Source: Antedon mediterranea (taxonomy: Eukaryota > Animalia > Echinodermata). Taken from it: a stretch of 64,000 nt of DNA. A program made the position numbers and the translations under genes. The notes beneath the pieces were generated by a model that saw only the letters and a list, made by a program, of their open reading frames with translations, was not told the origin of the DNA and did no database searches. Numbering within the stretch: the first letter of the stretch is position 1; each line of letters begins with the position of its first letter. Shown one piece after another: positions 52,201 to 63,387 of this stretch. The DNA lies in the NCBI RefSeq assembly GCF_964355755.1, contig NC_092677.1, positions 24,167,175 through 24,231,174 of the forward strand, in the 5' to 3' direction.

Positions 52201-55200
52201 CTTCCTGCAACAAAAAAATACCGTTTTTTTAGCTTTAAAATCTGCTCAGCAGAAAGAAGCTTTTCATGAGGGTGTAAGTAACAGGCTTTTTATGAAAAAT
52301 AACAGCCTGAAAAAAATTCAGTAGAGCAGAATGCTATTAGCTCTTGGGAAAAGCAGGCATTTGAAGTACTTTTACGCATCTTGGACATCGTACATTGATT
52401 GTTAAATCGTGTAGTTCAATCTGGTGTGAAACGTAAAACCCATTTTCACAAGATACCAATTCAAGTTCAATAACATTTATTCAACACTAATGTAACAATA
52501 ATAATAATGGTAACAATAACAACAACAAAAATTGTTTATAATAATGCTAAACAAGAAAGATGAAAAATATATTTTTTTTTAAAAAACAGAAAAGTAAATA
52601 AATAAAAATATGCATAAACAAAGACACTTAGGATGAAGTACTTGTCCAGAACAAAAGTAAGAAATTCTCTTCTGTGTTGTATTTATTTTACATGCTTTTA
52701 ATCAGTGTCAACAGAGTGCAGAGCTACTATAAGCTGGCAGTGCTTCTAGTTAAATATTTATATTTAATTAAATTTATTACATTATTATTAATTATTAATT
52801 TTCCGTTGTAATATAATCTGGATTTGTTTGAACATTTTTGGTTGGTTATTATATCGCCATAACTATGAATTTTAAGAAAAAAATTTGTATTCCTTGTATT
52901 TGTTGAACCATTTTATATTCTTCTCTTTCCAATGTAGGTGTTTTTGCTAATGTTTTATTCATGTACTAGTTTGAGTTCCATGGTTTGAGGAACTCTGAAC
53001 GCATGCAATGAATAGTAAATATCTTCTAATATAAATGTAATCTCAAATGACATTTACGTATAATGCTACTAACATTTGTGATTTTTAATCGTTCAAGTTC
53101 TATCTAAATTTCATCAAATACTGTTATTATTTCAAAAATTACAATTCTTCAACGAAAAGGGATAACAAATTGTTGGCATTTTTCAATAAATATTTCTGTA
53201 ATTTATTAGGTTGATGTTGGCGGGTAGCCTTTGTTTTTCATTATATTTTAATTGAACCTGCTATTTTGAATAGTAATTATAAACTCCCACATACTATAAG
53301 TCGTCATTCTCAGAAGAGTCTATTATGATACGACTTATGGAATATTGTGTACAAAAAATATATAAAAATATTGATTATTCTTTTTGTTATATGCATCTTT
53401 TAGAGGATGATATAAATAGAATCTGCTTTGTCTTAAAAAAGAACATAGTTTAACTTTCTTGTCTGCCTCCAATTTATCTTGCATCAAACTACGTACCATT
53501 TGATTATCTTTGATACGAGGAACATGAAGACCTTTGCGCTGACGGTTTGCACTGCCATGCTTTGAGCACGATATATGCAATTAGCCTCTAGACATGTAAT
53601 ACGTAATGTTGTTAATGTTTGTAGCAATCCTATGACATGGTAGATTCCTATTGGTTGGAATTTTCCATTGATATTCTTATACTAGTCGTTGATTGCATAA
53701 ACTTCCTAATTAAAGACCACTTTCCAAGTATATATAGACCTGTCTGTAATATATGCATGAACACAAAATACAGATAGCCCAGTTGAACTGATTCTAATTA
53801 AAGACCACTGCTATAAAACCACAAAACTCTGATTTTAAAATTGTAATATTTACAGTAACTGCATGTTATTTGTAAACTCTGTCTACACTATCAAATTTTA
53901 ATTGACAAAAAAATGTGATGTGGCCATAATATGGTCATGTTGATGTCATATCACTACTATATTTAAGCATATCACTACCATATTTGGGCACATTACACTT
54001 TTTTTGTCAAACTAGTTTGATAGTATAAACAGAGCTTTAGATCAGATCATTGAGATACATTTTTAGTAATTTTTCTTGCACATAAAAAAAATAAAAATTA
54101 GCTTACGCTTTTTGTAGTCAAATTATTCAATTTAGAAAAAGGAAAATAAACATTTTGAGTGTTTACTAATGAGAAACAAATAAAGTAGAAGTAATTTTTG
54201 AACGTGAAATCCATCAGGTAATGAATGTACTGTATAATGTACCGCAAGCATTGAAAGAGATTGTAATGAATTACACATATACAGTCCTACTTAGTAATGT
54301 AGCTCAAATTGAGACGAATAATTACAAAAGCCTGCAAGAATTATTCAAATGAATAGGTAAAGCTTTTTACAAATCAACAAATGAGGACTATCGCGTACGT
54401 CATGCGCTCACTGATTACACATGCGTATAATTTGCGGATCAGATCATTTTTTTAAAAATCATAAATGCTAAATCTAACCTTTGTTGTAGAGATGTTATAT
54501 GGAGTATTGGTATCGTTGCGGGGTTGTTTTACCTCCTATTATCATTATACCGCCTAATTTATTAGGGACACTGAACTAGATTACGATTTGATGGGAAATT
54601 GGTGATTGCGAATGCATTTTACATGTCATTCTATAAATAACCCAGACATTAAATATGACACGCTCTTGGTGATATTAATGTAAAAGAATGATCATATTCC
54701 AACAATAACAACAAAATCACATGCCACTTCTTATATCAAAATCAATATTGCACATGAAATAATATCATATTAAAAGTAGAATTTATAATGTATGTCCAAC
54801 ATTAATTATTTATGAAAAGAAACCAGTGTCACAAATGGTTGTTGGCATTAATATAGGTCTGTGGTTTTTTTTTTTTTCTTCCGCTTCTTCAGCGTTTTTG
54901 CTTACTATTATTAACATATATTAATTAAAGACACTTGCCCTAATCTAATCTAATCTAATCTAGTCTAATTTAGAGTCACTAACTATATAGCCTATTGCGA
55001 TCATTTTTGTATATATGGTTAAAAATGTGAGAAAAAGGTTGCAGAATAATACATGATCAAAATGTTTTTAAAGGGTATTTCATTCTCTGTAAATACACGT
55101 ATTTGGATCATTTTACCTTTTAGAAAATAATTGAATTAGTTACTTTAGGATGATAATATGCAACTGATCTATAATTCTGTCATTTGTAAAGGTCAGTGTC

Positions 55201-58200
55201 AATAATACTTTTAGTTAAATGATTAAATCATAAATAAAGTGAAGGTATCTCACTCTGTCACTATCAGGTTTTGTATTTTTTTCAAAATTGTTTTTGCAAA
55301 ATAAACAATTTTGGAAAAAAAAACCAGACATGGACCCAGACATTTTGTATAATATCGGTGTATAATGCATAGAGTGGTTTAAGGTTTGTGAACAGATGAA
55401 GGGGAGGAGAGACACCCAAAAGATGCGTCCCACGATCCACCATTCAGCATTATTATTCATCTACCAATGTTTGTACCATAAAATAAATGTACAATACTTT
55501 TATTTTTATAGCAAAATAAAATTAATGATGAAATGATATGTTGAAATTAGTTGCCTTAACAAAAAAAAACGGCTTATAAATTGTAATTCAATTGTATTAT
55601 TTTTATTATTAAAATTTAATATTTAAAACATTATTAATTGATATTAAATTAGGTCCTAAGCAATTCATATTTTATGTTACTGACATATCCAACCCAGTTA
55701 CTGTATGCTTGCTCCTTTGTTTGTAGTGCCACATAAGGCCGCAGCCTTTTATTGATTTTGCTATCAAACACTGCATAACCAGAGTGTCTTATTTCTCACT
55801 AGTAGCATTCATGCTAACTACATAGATCAGACAATTTTACCTCACTTGCTCAATGTGTGTCACATATTTTTCCATATGAAATCAGAAATGCTATATACAT
55901 ACAACAACTTGTAAGTTATTACAATTTTTGATGGCAACTTAGAAGATTATCTTAGGAAATGGAGGAGTTTTCAAATAAAGTAGACCATTTATGTGAAATT
56001 TGAAAATTAATACTGATATTCTCTGATAATGTTTTTGCTTTCAATTAAATCTAATATTACTAATGTTAAATGTCAGTTAATAGACTCTACAAAATAACAC
56101 TCATGTTTATTAAAAATAATACTCCATCTAGTCTGTTATATAATGTATATAAATGAACCGTTTTAATTATAAAATTAAAAAGAAATTTTTGTTTTAACTC
56201 GAATCATTTAGAAATGTGGTTATTTAGATGCCAGCTACTGAACCAGGGTCCTGGGTTCAAGTTTTTTCTTATGACAGAGACTTATAATAGACTTGTTTGT
56301 GTAGAGCATCTGGTGTCTTTGTGGTTATTTAATAGGAGAGGCTGCTTAATTAGCCACTAGCCTAAAACATCTACTGTATGTGGCAATGTAGCTCCTCTCT
56401 GGGCAACTCCAAACTTGGTCATAAATAAAGATATACATTTTTTTTAATGCAATAAAAAAGAAATAATATTAAAATAAATAGTAAATACAGTAGTAAAGGC
56501 CAAGTGCAGGCAAAACATTTCTATTGATCATACATTCTGCACTTTCTTATCAGTTCAAATTACACAGTAAAATCTCTATTCTTTTGTACACACATTTTGT
56601 AAATAAAGAGGCATTTTAAAAAGCTATGAAAAATAAACGGGTGTGGTAAAAAATGTTATCAGATGACTAAATATAGGTAATATAACTTGAATTTTACATT
56701 TCTGATATTTTTTTTCAACTTCAGATTTTTATTTTCATGCTATAGCAAAAATTATCTACCGTATATCCACCATCTTTTTTCACCTTCTAGGGAGTCACCA
56801 GACATGTTATTTTTAGGTTAAACTACCTAACTACTGAAAAAAAGTCTTCCTGGTTTTTATGACAGAATTTTTGCCAAATTTTGTATTTGACCATAATAAG
56901 GGAAATTCATGTTTTTTGGTCTTGATTTCTGTTACAAATATAGATTTATGTACAATTAACCAGATATTATATTTAAAATTCATGCCTGTACCTGAGATTT
57001 AAGGAACGTAATTGGGCCCAATAAATTAACCCCTTAAAACAAGTGGTGTTACCTAAATATGGGTTAAAAACTATGTTTTATTTTCCATAGTTTGTTAAGA
57101 ATGGTTCTACTGTAGTTCTAATTAATCAGTAAATGTTATGTCCTTGAGTAATTATTTTTTTTTAGAAGTTTAGTAAAGTAAATATATTACCTAAAATAGA
57201 TAATTTATAAAATATTTGCATATTTCGATTAGTTTTGCCTTTTTCTACTGGGTGGATCTTGACAAATTGGTCTGATTGTTCTTTTTTAAATGGTTGAAAA
57301 GTAGGGATCCTTCAGTATCAAGTTTTTTTTAAAGTTCATTGAAGTAAATATATTACCTGAAATAGCTAATTTATAAAATATTTGCATATTTCGATTAGTT
57401 CTGCCTTTTTCTACTGGGTGGATCTTAACAAATTGGTCTGATCGTTCGTACTGTTTTTAGTTTTCAAATAAACAGATCTTCTTGTATAAACGCATTATCG
57501 CAATATAGCAGTTTATTTACAGACAAATGAAACATGCCTACCTAAATTTAATGCCATTTTAGATTTCTTGCTATTTTTCCCTTTCAATTACTATGTATTA
57601 TTTTTATTCCGCTGTGTTTATAGATTAAAAGATATTACTGTCAGTATATCATGCAAGATTGATGAATTATGATGGGGGTATGTCAGACTTGATTTGCCTA
57701 CGTGATGATTCAAAAGGGTTAAGCTGTGTTTCCAGTACTAAAACAGCACCATCGTAATCAATCATTCTATTACATCCATTCTATCAATGTTTTGAATCAT
57801 AACTGTTGCCAGAATATTCACATCATTTTCACCCAGTGTCAAATTTGATTCATTTCATTGCCAATGATACTGCTTGATAATTTGTACCTAAATTTGCTGT
57901 TGATATTCAAATCACACATCAGTTATCCTTGAATTCATAGATACTTGAATGTTGGACTACTTAAATGCCACTTGAATGTTGGACTACTTACATTCGTTAT
58001 TTGTAAGCATGGCTATACTTATATAAACAGTAACTAAATCATATCAGTAAAAAAAGAAAATTAAAGTGCAGACAAAAACCATTGGTTGATTATACATTCT
58101 AATAATTATCGATTTATAGTTTTCCCTTAGTTTTTGTATTTTTTTTAATGTAAAAGCACATATGGGGCATAATTCAAATTACCCAGTAAAATCCCTATTC

Positions 58201-61200
58201 TTTTGTACACTAATGTTGTAGGTAAATAGAGAGACATTTAAACAAAATTGTTGGTGTTTTATTTTCCCACTATATCAAGAATTATCCATTTTATAACAAC
58301 AAATGATGTTCTGATTGATTACAGTAGTTGACTAATGTTGATAACTGGTTTTTATAATACGGTAATTAATTTTTATAATTTTGACAACTTTTGTATTTAA
58401 CCATTTTAGGAGAAATTTCTGTTTTACATTTATTTACATTTAAACTTTAAATTTATGCCTGTATCTGAGCTTTGGGCATGACAAAGGGCGCGATATTTAA
58501 TATTTCGACTCATATTGAAGATACAGATAACTAGGACAGAATGAGACTCAAATATTACTCAAGTTTTAACTTTTTTGACATCATCAGGACATCAATATTT
58601 ATTGAAAATCATTTAGGCATATTCTGTTTGGTATATACTTTTTTTACGAAACAATTGTGGAGGTTATGGTGCAAACAAACAAGAAATTAATGTACTTGGC
58701 ATTTTGACAAGTTGTTATACAACACAAAAAATATTGTAGAGAAAAAAAAATGATACTAAAAATAGAAATTCTGTTTGCTCTGTTGGCAGAACACAATATG
58801 TAACGGACACAACATGTACCCACAACAAATCTATAATTTTTTTTTTCCAAATAATAACATTTGATTTCATACATTGACTTTTTATGATGGGAGAGAATCG
58901 GAAGGACAGAACAATAAGTGATTTACGATGTTGTAACTCTATTGAACAATTCCTTATAGTACCAGCATATTAGAGCACATCTTACACTGTAAATGGTGTA
59001 TTTTTAGTATCATTATAAGTTAAAGAGTGACTTTACACTGTTGGTGCACTGTTACATTTCCGTAGCAAAACACTAAAAAAACGCGAGTTAGAACTGGGGA
59101 CAAAAAAGGTGATTTTTTAAGAATTGAGCTTTGTGCGTATTTTCAGAATAGTAATTTTGAAGAATAAAATGAAAATCATCATTTTTATTGTAGTATATTA
59201 AAGCATTTTTAGAGACTTCAGGAATTTGCCATAGTAGGCAATCAATAGGAAAGTTTCAATTTACGACGACTTATGATATACGCATATTGTGTCTTTGGTT
59301 GTCATCTGGTCTAGAATCTGCCAAAAGTTCAAAAAGAGTGAAGGAACACATCCCAATGTTCCTGCACTCGCATAATTATTAATTTACATGACATAATTAG
59401 TTTCTAGGTCGTAGGTCATCACCAATTAAAAATTCCTTTTAGGGCACTATTTTATGTCCTTTTTAGAATGTTTTTTTTCCTGAATATTTGTGAATCTCAA
59501 TATCTCCTTTACCTCTAGTCAAATAATAACAATTATTATGTAAATTGACTTTCGTTTATGAATAATCATATTTTTATGATAAAATAAATCATTTTTGACT
59601 TGTATGTGGCCTTCTAAACCATATGTTGCTATGGATAGTCAGAGGGCAATTGTTCATGTTTTATTATTTATATACTGGTGCAGTGTAAAACTGAATCCTG
59701 TTTTTTTGCATCAAGTAGAAAAAAAAAAATATATACAAAATAGATAAGATATATCTTATTAATTTTTGTATTATAATAATAATACTATAACTAGATCAAA
59801 TAAATGCATTAAATTTAAATGTACAAAAGAAGATAGATTGGTCCGTACAATCCAAGTTAAAAAGTAATTATTTTTCTTGTATTTCAACAGACTCGATGAA
59901 CACTATGATCGTTATGGTTATCCAGCTCTTCGGCCTCATTTCATCCCTCTTTCAACTCACCCAGGATTACCAACGATGCCTCATCCATCGATGCATCATC
60001 TGCTTGGGGTACGACATCCCATGGACCTATCATTGCAATCATCTAACCTGCAAGCAGCCTCTCTAGGCTCTCATCATCTGTTAGCTATAGATAGGTATGT
60101 ATTGATAAAAAGCATCAAGCCTGTAGCAAGTAGGGAGGGTTCTCTTTTCTAGAATTGAGGAAATGTTCATGAGCTACAGTAGGCCTAGGCAGATAGGCCT
60201 ATTTATCACTTTCCACTGCTTGCCTCTAATTTGATTGGTCAGTTCATTGAAACACCTTGCAACTTCTTCCCAGGATTATTATACATTATAGATACAAAAC
60301 AATAAAAAACAGAAGTGTTACATTAGCAATCTTGTTCTGTGTGCCTACATTAGTAGCATTCTATTGAACATTTAGTTTATCCACTTTTAACAACAAACAA
60401 ATCTAGAAATTGTAAACAAACATAGTATAAAAGCACAGGTGGTATTTATTTACCAACAAACAATGCCTGTTAAAAGGCCAGGTGTCCAGATATATTTACC
60501 TGTTGATACAGATGTCAATGTATTTCAAGTGTTAGTAAGTATTGTTAATAAGTGTTGTACTGTACTGCAAAATCTCTAAATTGGAGACTGAAAAATAGAG
60601 TTTCTTTTCTGATATAAAAAGATGTAAACATATAAAATCTTATACTATATGAATTACAAACTGCTTATTTCAAATTTGCAAATTTTTTTAACAGAGAAAA
60701 AATGATATTGGAACATAGGGAGAGAGAAAAGCTTGCAGAGGATGTAAGACGAGGGGAGCGTGAAAAGGAACGCGAGAGGGAAGAACGAGAATCAGAGAGG
60801 ATTCGATCAGCAGCTGCTCATGACCGGCATAGACCGCGCTCAAGAGATGAAGAACGACATTACCATTCCTCAAAAGGTGAAATTAATTCTATGTTCTAAC
60901 ACAATGTATTGTACTAATTTAATTAGCATGCACAATTCTGCCCATTGATATACTCAAAATAAATTATTAATTTATAAATGATAAAGATGTGAAAATCTGC
61001 GAGCACAAGAAAAAGCCTTCCCAACCAAGATTCGAACCCGGAACATTCTGCTTGATATGCAGATCATTAGACCACTTGTCAAAATTTGATTGGATAGCGA
61101 ATCTTTAATATCATCTCTGTGGTATGATGGATCAACACTTGTTCTCATTTGTACGAACATGCAACAGTGATACATCAGTTGCTAGAACATGGGCATTCAG

Positions 61201-63049
61201 ATTTTTAATTCACATTGTTAATTATGTGATTCTAACAGTGTTACGACTGACTATTTTTAACCAAATGTTGTTTATTTTATCCTAAAAACATACGACATAA
61301 CACAAAAATTGTTTTTTGTATCATGAAATACATTCTTTTTCGATTATGACAATTAAAAAATATATCGCAGAAAAATATCATATTTTTAATTTACACTGAT
61401 TAATATTACAATATCTCTTTACGTTACCATAACTGATATTGATAATCAAAAGGTTTATCATGAGGTTTAATTGCGAATGTACAGCATCCATTTCACCAAA
61501 AAATGTCTGGATATTGTTAGATTTCAGTACATATATTACATTCTCCCTACTGTACAGTTTCTTCTTTGTCTCTTTTAATTTAATATTGTATTCTGTGATA
61601 TACACGCCTATTAGAAGTATCTAGTATAAATAGCATTATCATCTTATCCAAAGTCTCAGAGTACAAATAGCATTGTCACCTCTATAAGCCATCACTTGGG
61701 AGAGATATTGTTCTTAACATGCTTCCTAAATTATGAAATTTCATCCAAACGATGTTATAATTATACTCTTTAATTGTATAAATGGTGAATGTTGATAACT
61801 TGATCATTTAATTGTAGCTTTCGTTTCAAGATAACCTATGTCTGTAATGTGTCATATTACAAGATTGTATATGCATCACAAATTATACTTTTCAGTTATT
61901 AGTGAGGTTAAAGGTTATGCTAATATGAATGATGATCTATAAATGAAACTTAAATCTATTTACCATGCTATTTGTGAGCCAATTTTAATGAAACTTTCAC
62001 CTCCAATTATGTTGTTCTCTTGCTCATAATCTAGTTGGTTAGATTGTCCCTCTGGTTAATAGTACCAATAGGTTGTTCCTCTTGGTACTAACTACCTCAT
62101 AATCTGTTTAATAGTACCAATAGGTTGTTCCTCTTGGTACTAACTAGCTCATAACCTGGTTAATACCAATAGGTTGTTCCTCTTGGTACTATCTAGCTCA
62201 TAATCTGTTTAATAGTACCAATAGGTTGTTCCTCTTGGTACTAACTAGCTCATAACCTGGTTAATACCAATAGGTTGTTCCTCTGGGTACTAACTAGCTT
62301 ATAATCTGATAAATACCAATAGGTTGTTCCTCTTAGTACTAACTACCTCATAATCTGGTTAATAGTACCAATAGGTTGCTCTACTTGGTACTAACTAGCT
62401 CATATTCTGGTTAATAGTACCAATAGGTTGTTCCTGTTGGTACTATAACTAGCTCATAATCTTGTTATTTACCAATAGGTTGTTTCTCTTCATACTTACC
62501 AGATCTGGACTGGTTTTGTACCATTAGGTAGTATAGGCTGGAATGGTTATTACCAAGACTACACAAATTATGAGCTGCTAAGTGATTTAGTTGATTAAAA
62601 AGTGTGCATCTGGAGATTTTATCAGTGTATAAAATCAGAATAATAAAAAGGCCAACTCAGACAGCGTAGTACAACAATTCCCAGTTTGTTGGGCCTTGTT
62701 TTATGACGCTGTCTGAGTTTACCTTTGCTCACATCTGTATTTACAGATTTAGTTTGATAATTGCTATGATTCAGTTGGTACATTGCTAACATATTGCAAT
62801 AACTTATTTTGTGTTGTTTTGTTCTGCAATACAGAGCCGCCACCAGCTCATCTTAAAGAATCTCATTCTAACCATCACAATCACCATCGTGTTTCTCATC
62901 ACAACTCTGACATGAACGTGCACATGGCGCACCAACATCACAGAATCAAAGAAGAGAAGTGGTCGAATAAACCAACTGATTACAGGAAAGAGGTCACTGA
63001 AGGTCATAGCGTATCACCACATTATAGGAATTCAATTATGACGCAAGAA
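13204..63049 (+). CDS. GSE1: GSE1-like (genetic suppressor element 1) multi-exon gene, 3'-incomplete; join(13204..13285,25179..25397,28010..28182,43807..43958,45865..46062,59891..60094,60695..60876,62835..63049)
   Basis: All eight exons have AG/GT boundaries with compatible phases (1,1,0,2,2,2,1,0) giving 1425 nt = 475 codons without a stop. Motifs [60 protein letters not shown] and the ERE/RE-rich coil match the N-terminal half of vertebrate GSE1 as I recall it. Confidence 0.9.
14520..15130. repeat. Old degenerate satellite, core AAGGTTGGTGACAAAATCTT, about 8 units
   Basis: Core recurs at about 14527, 14643, 14723, 14788, 14845, 14910, 14986 and 15058. Confidence 0.55.
17710..18178 (+). mobile_element. 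5'-truncated Rex1/Babar-like LINE (ORF2 C-terminal fragment plus 3' tail)
   Basis: ORF 17675-18040 reads [19 protein letters not shown]...[13 protein letters not shown]...[19 protein letters not shown], characteristic of the Rex1/Babar RT C-terminus (DUF1891-like). Ends with AATAAA and a (CTTGA)n tail. Confidence 0.88.
20526..20605. mobile_element. Terminal fragment of a DNA transposon with GGTTTGC subterminal repeats
   Basis: GGGTTTGC x about 4 ending TGTTTGACAATACCC, the same architecture as the end of the MULE at 32638; no partner end found. Confidence 0.4.
21420..21500 (+). mobile_element. tRNA-derived SINE head, diverged copy
   Basis: ATATCAAGCAGAAG.TTCTGGGTTTGAATCTTAGTTGGG is homologous to the minus-strand copy at 60975-61080. 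Confidence 0.55.
23482..23606 (-). mobile_element. Harbinger-like MITE family A, copy 2
   Basis: TCTGTCTGCAC-AAACTAGTTTGACAAAA...CCCAAATATGGTAGTGA...AAAGTTTGATAGTGT. Confidence 0.8.
24561..24682 (-). mobile_element. Harbinger-like MITE family A, copy 3
   Basis: Same core and TIRs; ends GTTTGATAGTGTAGACAAAGCT. Confidence 0.82.
24700..24877. mobile_element. Diverged hAT-like MITE
   Basis: CAAG..TGTAGC ... TCCTGGCTATGGGCTTG termini with internal TGCCCTTTT repeats. Confidence 0.4.
25179..25397 (+). CDS. GSE1: GSE1 exon (219 nt, phase 1-1): [31 protein letters not shown]...[19 protein letters not shown]
   Basis: ttttacag acceptor, G|gtattt donor; carries the GSE1 signature motifs TRTTATV.PL and [12 protein letters not shown]. 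Confidence 0.93.
25644..25792 (-). mobile_element. Kolobok-like (TTAA) element family B, terminal fragment
   Basis: TTAA-AGCTCATGTACAGGCATGAATTTT...; reverse complement of about 56848-56998. Confidence 0.7.
25933..26006 (+). mobile_element. Harbinger-like MITE family A, copy 4 (TIR-less core)
   Basis: CATGATGATGTCATACCACTACCATATTTGGGCAT..ACTACCATATTTGGGCACATCA..TTTTGTCAA, in opposite orientation to copies 1-3. Confidence 0.8.
27143..27350. mobile_element. Small MITE with perfect TIRs CAGGCCTTGTCTT and flanking CAGCTG duplication
   Basis: CAGCTG|CAGGCCTTGTCTT ... AAGACAAGGCCTG|CAGCTG; internal duplicated AAAT.GCACTCCTCAA. Confidence 0.8.
28010..28182 (+). CDS. GSE1: GSE1 exon (173 nt): [58 protein letters not shown]
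   Basis: ctttcag acceptor, AGG|gtatgt donor; conserved IVPP and [11 protein letters not shown] motifs. Not in the ORF track on this strand. Confidence 0.92.
28284..28355 (-). mobile_element. SINE core-domain fragment
   Basis: Minus strand TGCCTCTTTCCACCCAGGTGTACAGGGTACCTGGTAAA resembles the CORE-like central domain of metazoan tRNA SINEs. Confidence 0.45.
29543..30167. mobile_element. Kolobok-like non-autonomous element (625 bp)
   Basis: TTAA on both sides, TIRs AGCCCCATTCCCTAC / GCAGGGAAGGGGTCT, CpG-rich (young). A decayed left end of the same family lies at about 54926-55040. Confidence 0.8.
30184..31029. mobile_element. Tc1/mariner (pogo-like) MITE (846 bp)
   Basis: TA TSD, TIR CCGTATATTTCGGTGTATAAG / CTTATACACCGAAATATACGG, subterminal GGTGCGTCTTATACAC repeats. 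Confidence 0.9.
31797..31965. repeat. Tandem repeat, unit about 65 bp, x3 (TAAATCCTATTTATTATCACTGTGCG..GTGCAACCAAAAT)
   Basis: Three successive degenerate copies. Confidence 0.75.
32638..33689. mobile_element. Mutator-like (MULE) foldback element (1052 bp)
   Basis: Perfect 10-bp TSD TGAGCTAGCT (32628-32637 / 33690-33699). Near-perfect TIRs of about 90 bp starting GGGTGTCAC, with further inverted homology between about 32735-32960 and 33163-33375. Confidence 0.9.
33816..34481. repeat. Local triplication of a unit of about 150 bp; middle copy interrupted by a LINE tail
   Basis: GGTGCCTTGTGACAAATAATTT...CCATGCAATCAACTACCTGA occurs three times. Confidence 0.88.
34065..34285 (+). mobile_element. 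LINE 3' UTR fragment (same family as 4031-5253)
   Basis: TAGTGATTAGGTTC.CTTTT..TGCC.ACTC and TTTGGCAATAAA are shared with the minus-strand copy; A-rich tail. Confidence 0.6.
35730..35935. repeat. Degenerate short-period repeat (TTGGGCTAGTACA core)
   Basis: About 8 diverged cores spaced roughly 20-30 bp apart. Confidence 0.5.
41700..41875. repeat. Palindromic AT-rich tandem repeat (about 50-bp unit with TTGATTGATAATGATTATCAATCAA)
   Basis: About 3 units visible. Confidence 0.8.
42826..43024. repeat. Short direct duplication
   Basis: TTTTCAAAATTATGAAATT...ATTGAAGAGGTCAGTAATAATA occurs twice. Confidence 0.7.
43807..43958 (+). CDS. GSE1: GSE1 exon (152 nt), His/Ser-rich: [51 protein letters not shown]
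   Basis: tgtcttacag acceptor in phase 0, AG|gtggga donor in phase 2; fits both neighbouring exons; coding-like GC content. Confidence 0.85.
44335..44586 (+). mobile_element. Composite TE fragment ending in a LINE-type tail
   Basis: AATAAA followed by (ATCA)n at about 44559-44586; GGTTGCCACTAGCGACGCAAC Harbinger-like end inside. Confidence 0.4.
45865..46062 (+). CDS. GSE1: GSE1 exon (198 nt): [66 protein letters not shown]
   Basis: Long poly-T tract plus ttag acceptor, AG|gtgagt donor; GFxPY...DP...YHPxxL motif of GSE1. Confidence 0.92.
46406..46564 (+). mobile_element. Harbinger-like MITE family A, copy 5
   Basis: Full TIRs CTCTGTCTACACTATCAAACT / AGTTTGATAGTGTAGACAGAG. Confidence 0.9.
47627..47746 (+). 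mobile_element. Harbinger-like MITE family A, copy 6
   Basis: TCTACACTATCAAACTTTATGTG...ACCATATTTGGGCACATCAC...TAGTGTAGAC. Confidence 0.85.
51664..51757 (+). mobile_element. Harbinger-like MITE family A, copy 7 (decayed)
   Basis: CCATATATGGACAT...TCACTACCATATTTGGGCA...TTTGTCAAACTAG. Confidence 0.75.
53875..54036 (+). mobile_element. Harbinger-like MITE family A, copy 8
   Basis: Full-length with TIRs CTCTGTCTACACTATCAAA / TTTGATAGTATAAACAGAGCT. Confidence 0.88.
56205..56432 (+). mobile_element. Diverged tRNA-derived SINE
   Basis: A-box-like GTGGTTA, B-box-like CCTGGGTTCAAG, body ending AATAAA. Confidence 0.5.
56497..56998 (+). mobile_element. Kolobok-like element family B, near full copy
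   Basis: Ends AAATTCATGCCTGTACCTGAGAT-TTAA; shares its left part (TTCAAATTAC.CAGTAAAATC.CTATTCTTTTGTACAC) with 58155-58471. Confidence 0.7.
57176..57447. repeat. Direct duplication of about 105 bp
   Basis: 57176-57280 and 57342-57447 are nearly identical. Confidence 0.9.
58155..58471 (+). mobile_element. Kolobok-like element family B, internally deleted copy
   Basis: AGCACATATGGGGCAT ... ATGCCTGTATCTGAGCT termini. Confidence 0.65.
59891..60094 (+). CDS. GSE1: GSE1 exon (204 nt): [68 protein letters not shown]
   Basis: tttcaacag acceptor, AG|gtatgt donor; resembles the vertebrate GSE1 segment RMDD...ALRSPFYP...MHLHLSGVRYP. Confidence 0.92.
60695..60876 (+). CDS. GSE1: GSE1 exon (182 nt), charged RE-rich coiled coil: [60 protein letters not shown]
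   Basis: tttttaacag acceptor in phase 2, G|gtgaaa donor in phase 1; the ERE repeat follows the HP-rich region as in GSE1. Confidence 0.9.
60975..61080 (-). mobile_element. tRNA(Val-like)-derived SINE head
   Basis: Minus strand AGTGGTCTAATGA-TCTGC ATATCAA GCAGA-ATGTTCCGGGTTCGAATCTTGG shows A box, anticodon-arm stem and B box, but no acceptor stem. Confidence 0.6.
62057..62490. repeat. 49-56 bp minisatellite x about 9 (TAATAGTACCAATAGGTTGTTCCTCTTGGTACTAACTAGCTCATAATCTGGT)
   Basis: Units start at about 62057, 62109, 62161, 62210, 62262, 62311, 62360, 62412 and 62468. Confidence 0.95.
62835..63049 (+). CDS. GSE1: GSE1 exon (215 nt), His-rich: [72 protein letters not shown]
   Basis: aatacag acceptor in phase 1, GAA|gtaagt donor in phase 0; open frame; IKEE SUMO-consensus motif. 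Confidence 0.87.
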
Positions 63050-63351
63050 GTAAGTTAAACGACAATCGTATTGTCTTTGGGTAGACTTTTCGATTGGATT
63101 GGTAGAGGTAAAACTCAGCCTTCTATCTAGTACTGTATGGATAAACTGGCTGCCCGTATCTATAGTATTATACTGAAACCCATCTTAACTATCATCAATC
63201 ATCATCATCTTAATTAAAAATATAAAACAATCTTATTCCTCCACTCGAGTAATTAGTATTATATCGGATGCGCTATGAACAGTGGGCAAGGCCGTTTAGT
63301 ACAAAGAACTTGCACATGCATGTTTACAATGAGAGTTTGCATCACAATTCT

Positions 63352-63387
<36 letters not shown>

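Noticed and set aside
60975-61080. tRNA gene
   Set aside because: No acceptor stem or terminator, and a diverged second copy with a shared tail indicates a SINE.
62057-62490. CRISPR-like palindromic repeat array
   Set aside because: Units are contiguous with no unique spacers, there are no cas genes, and the context is a eukaryotic intron.
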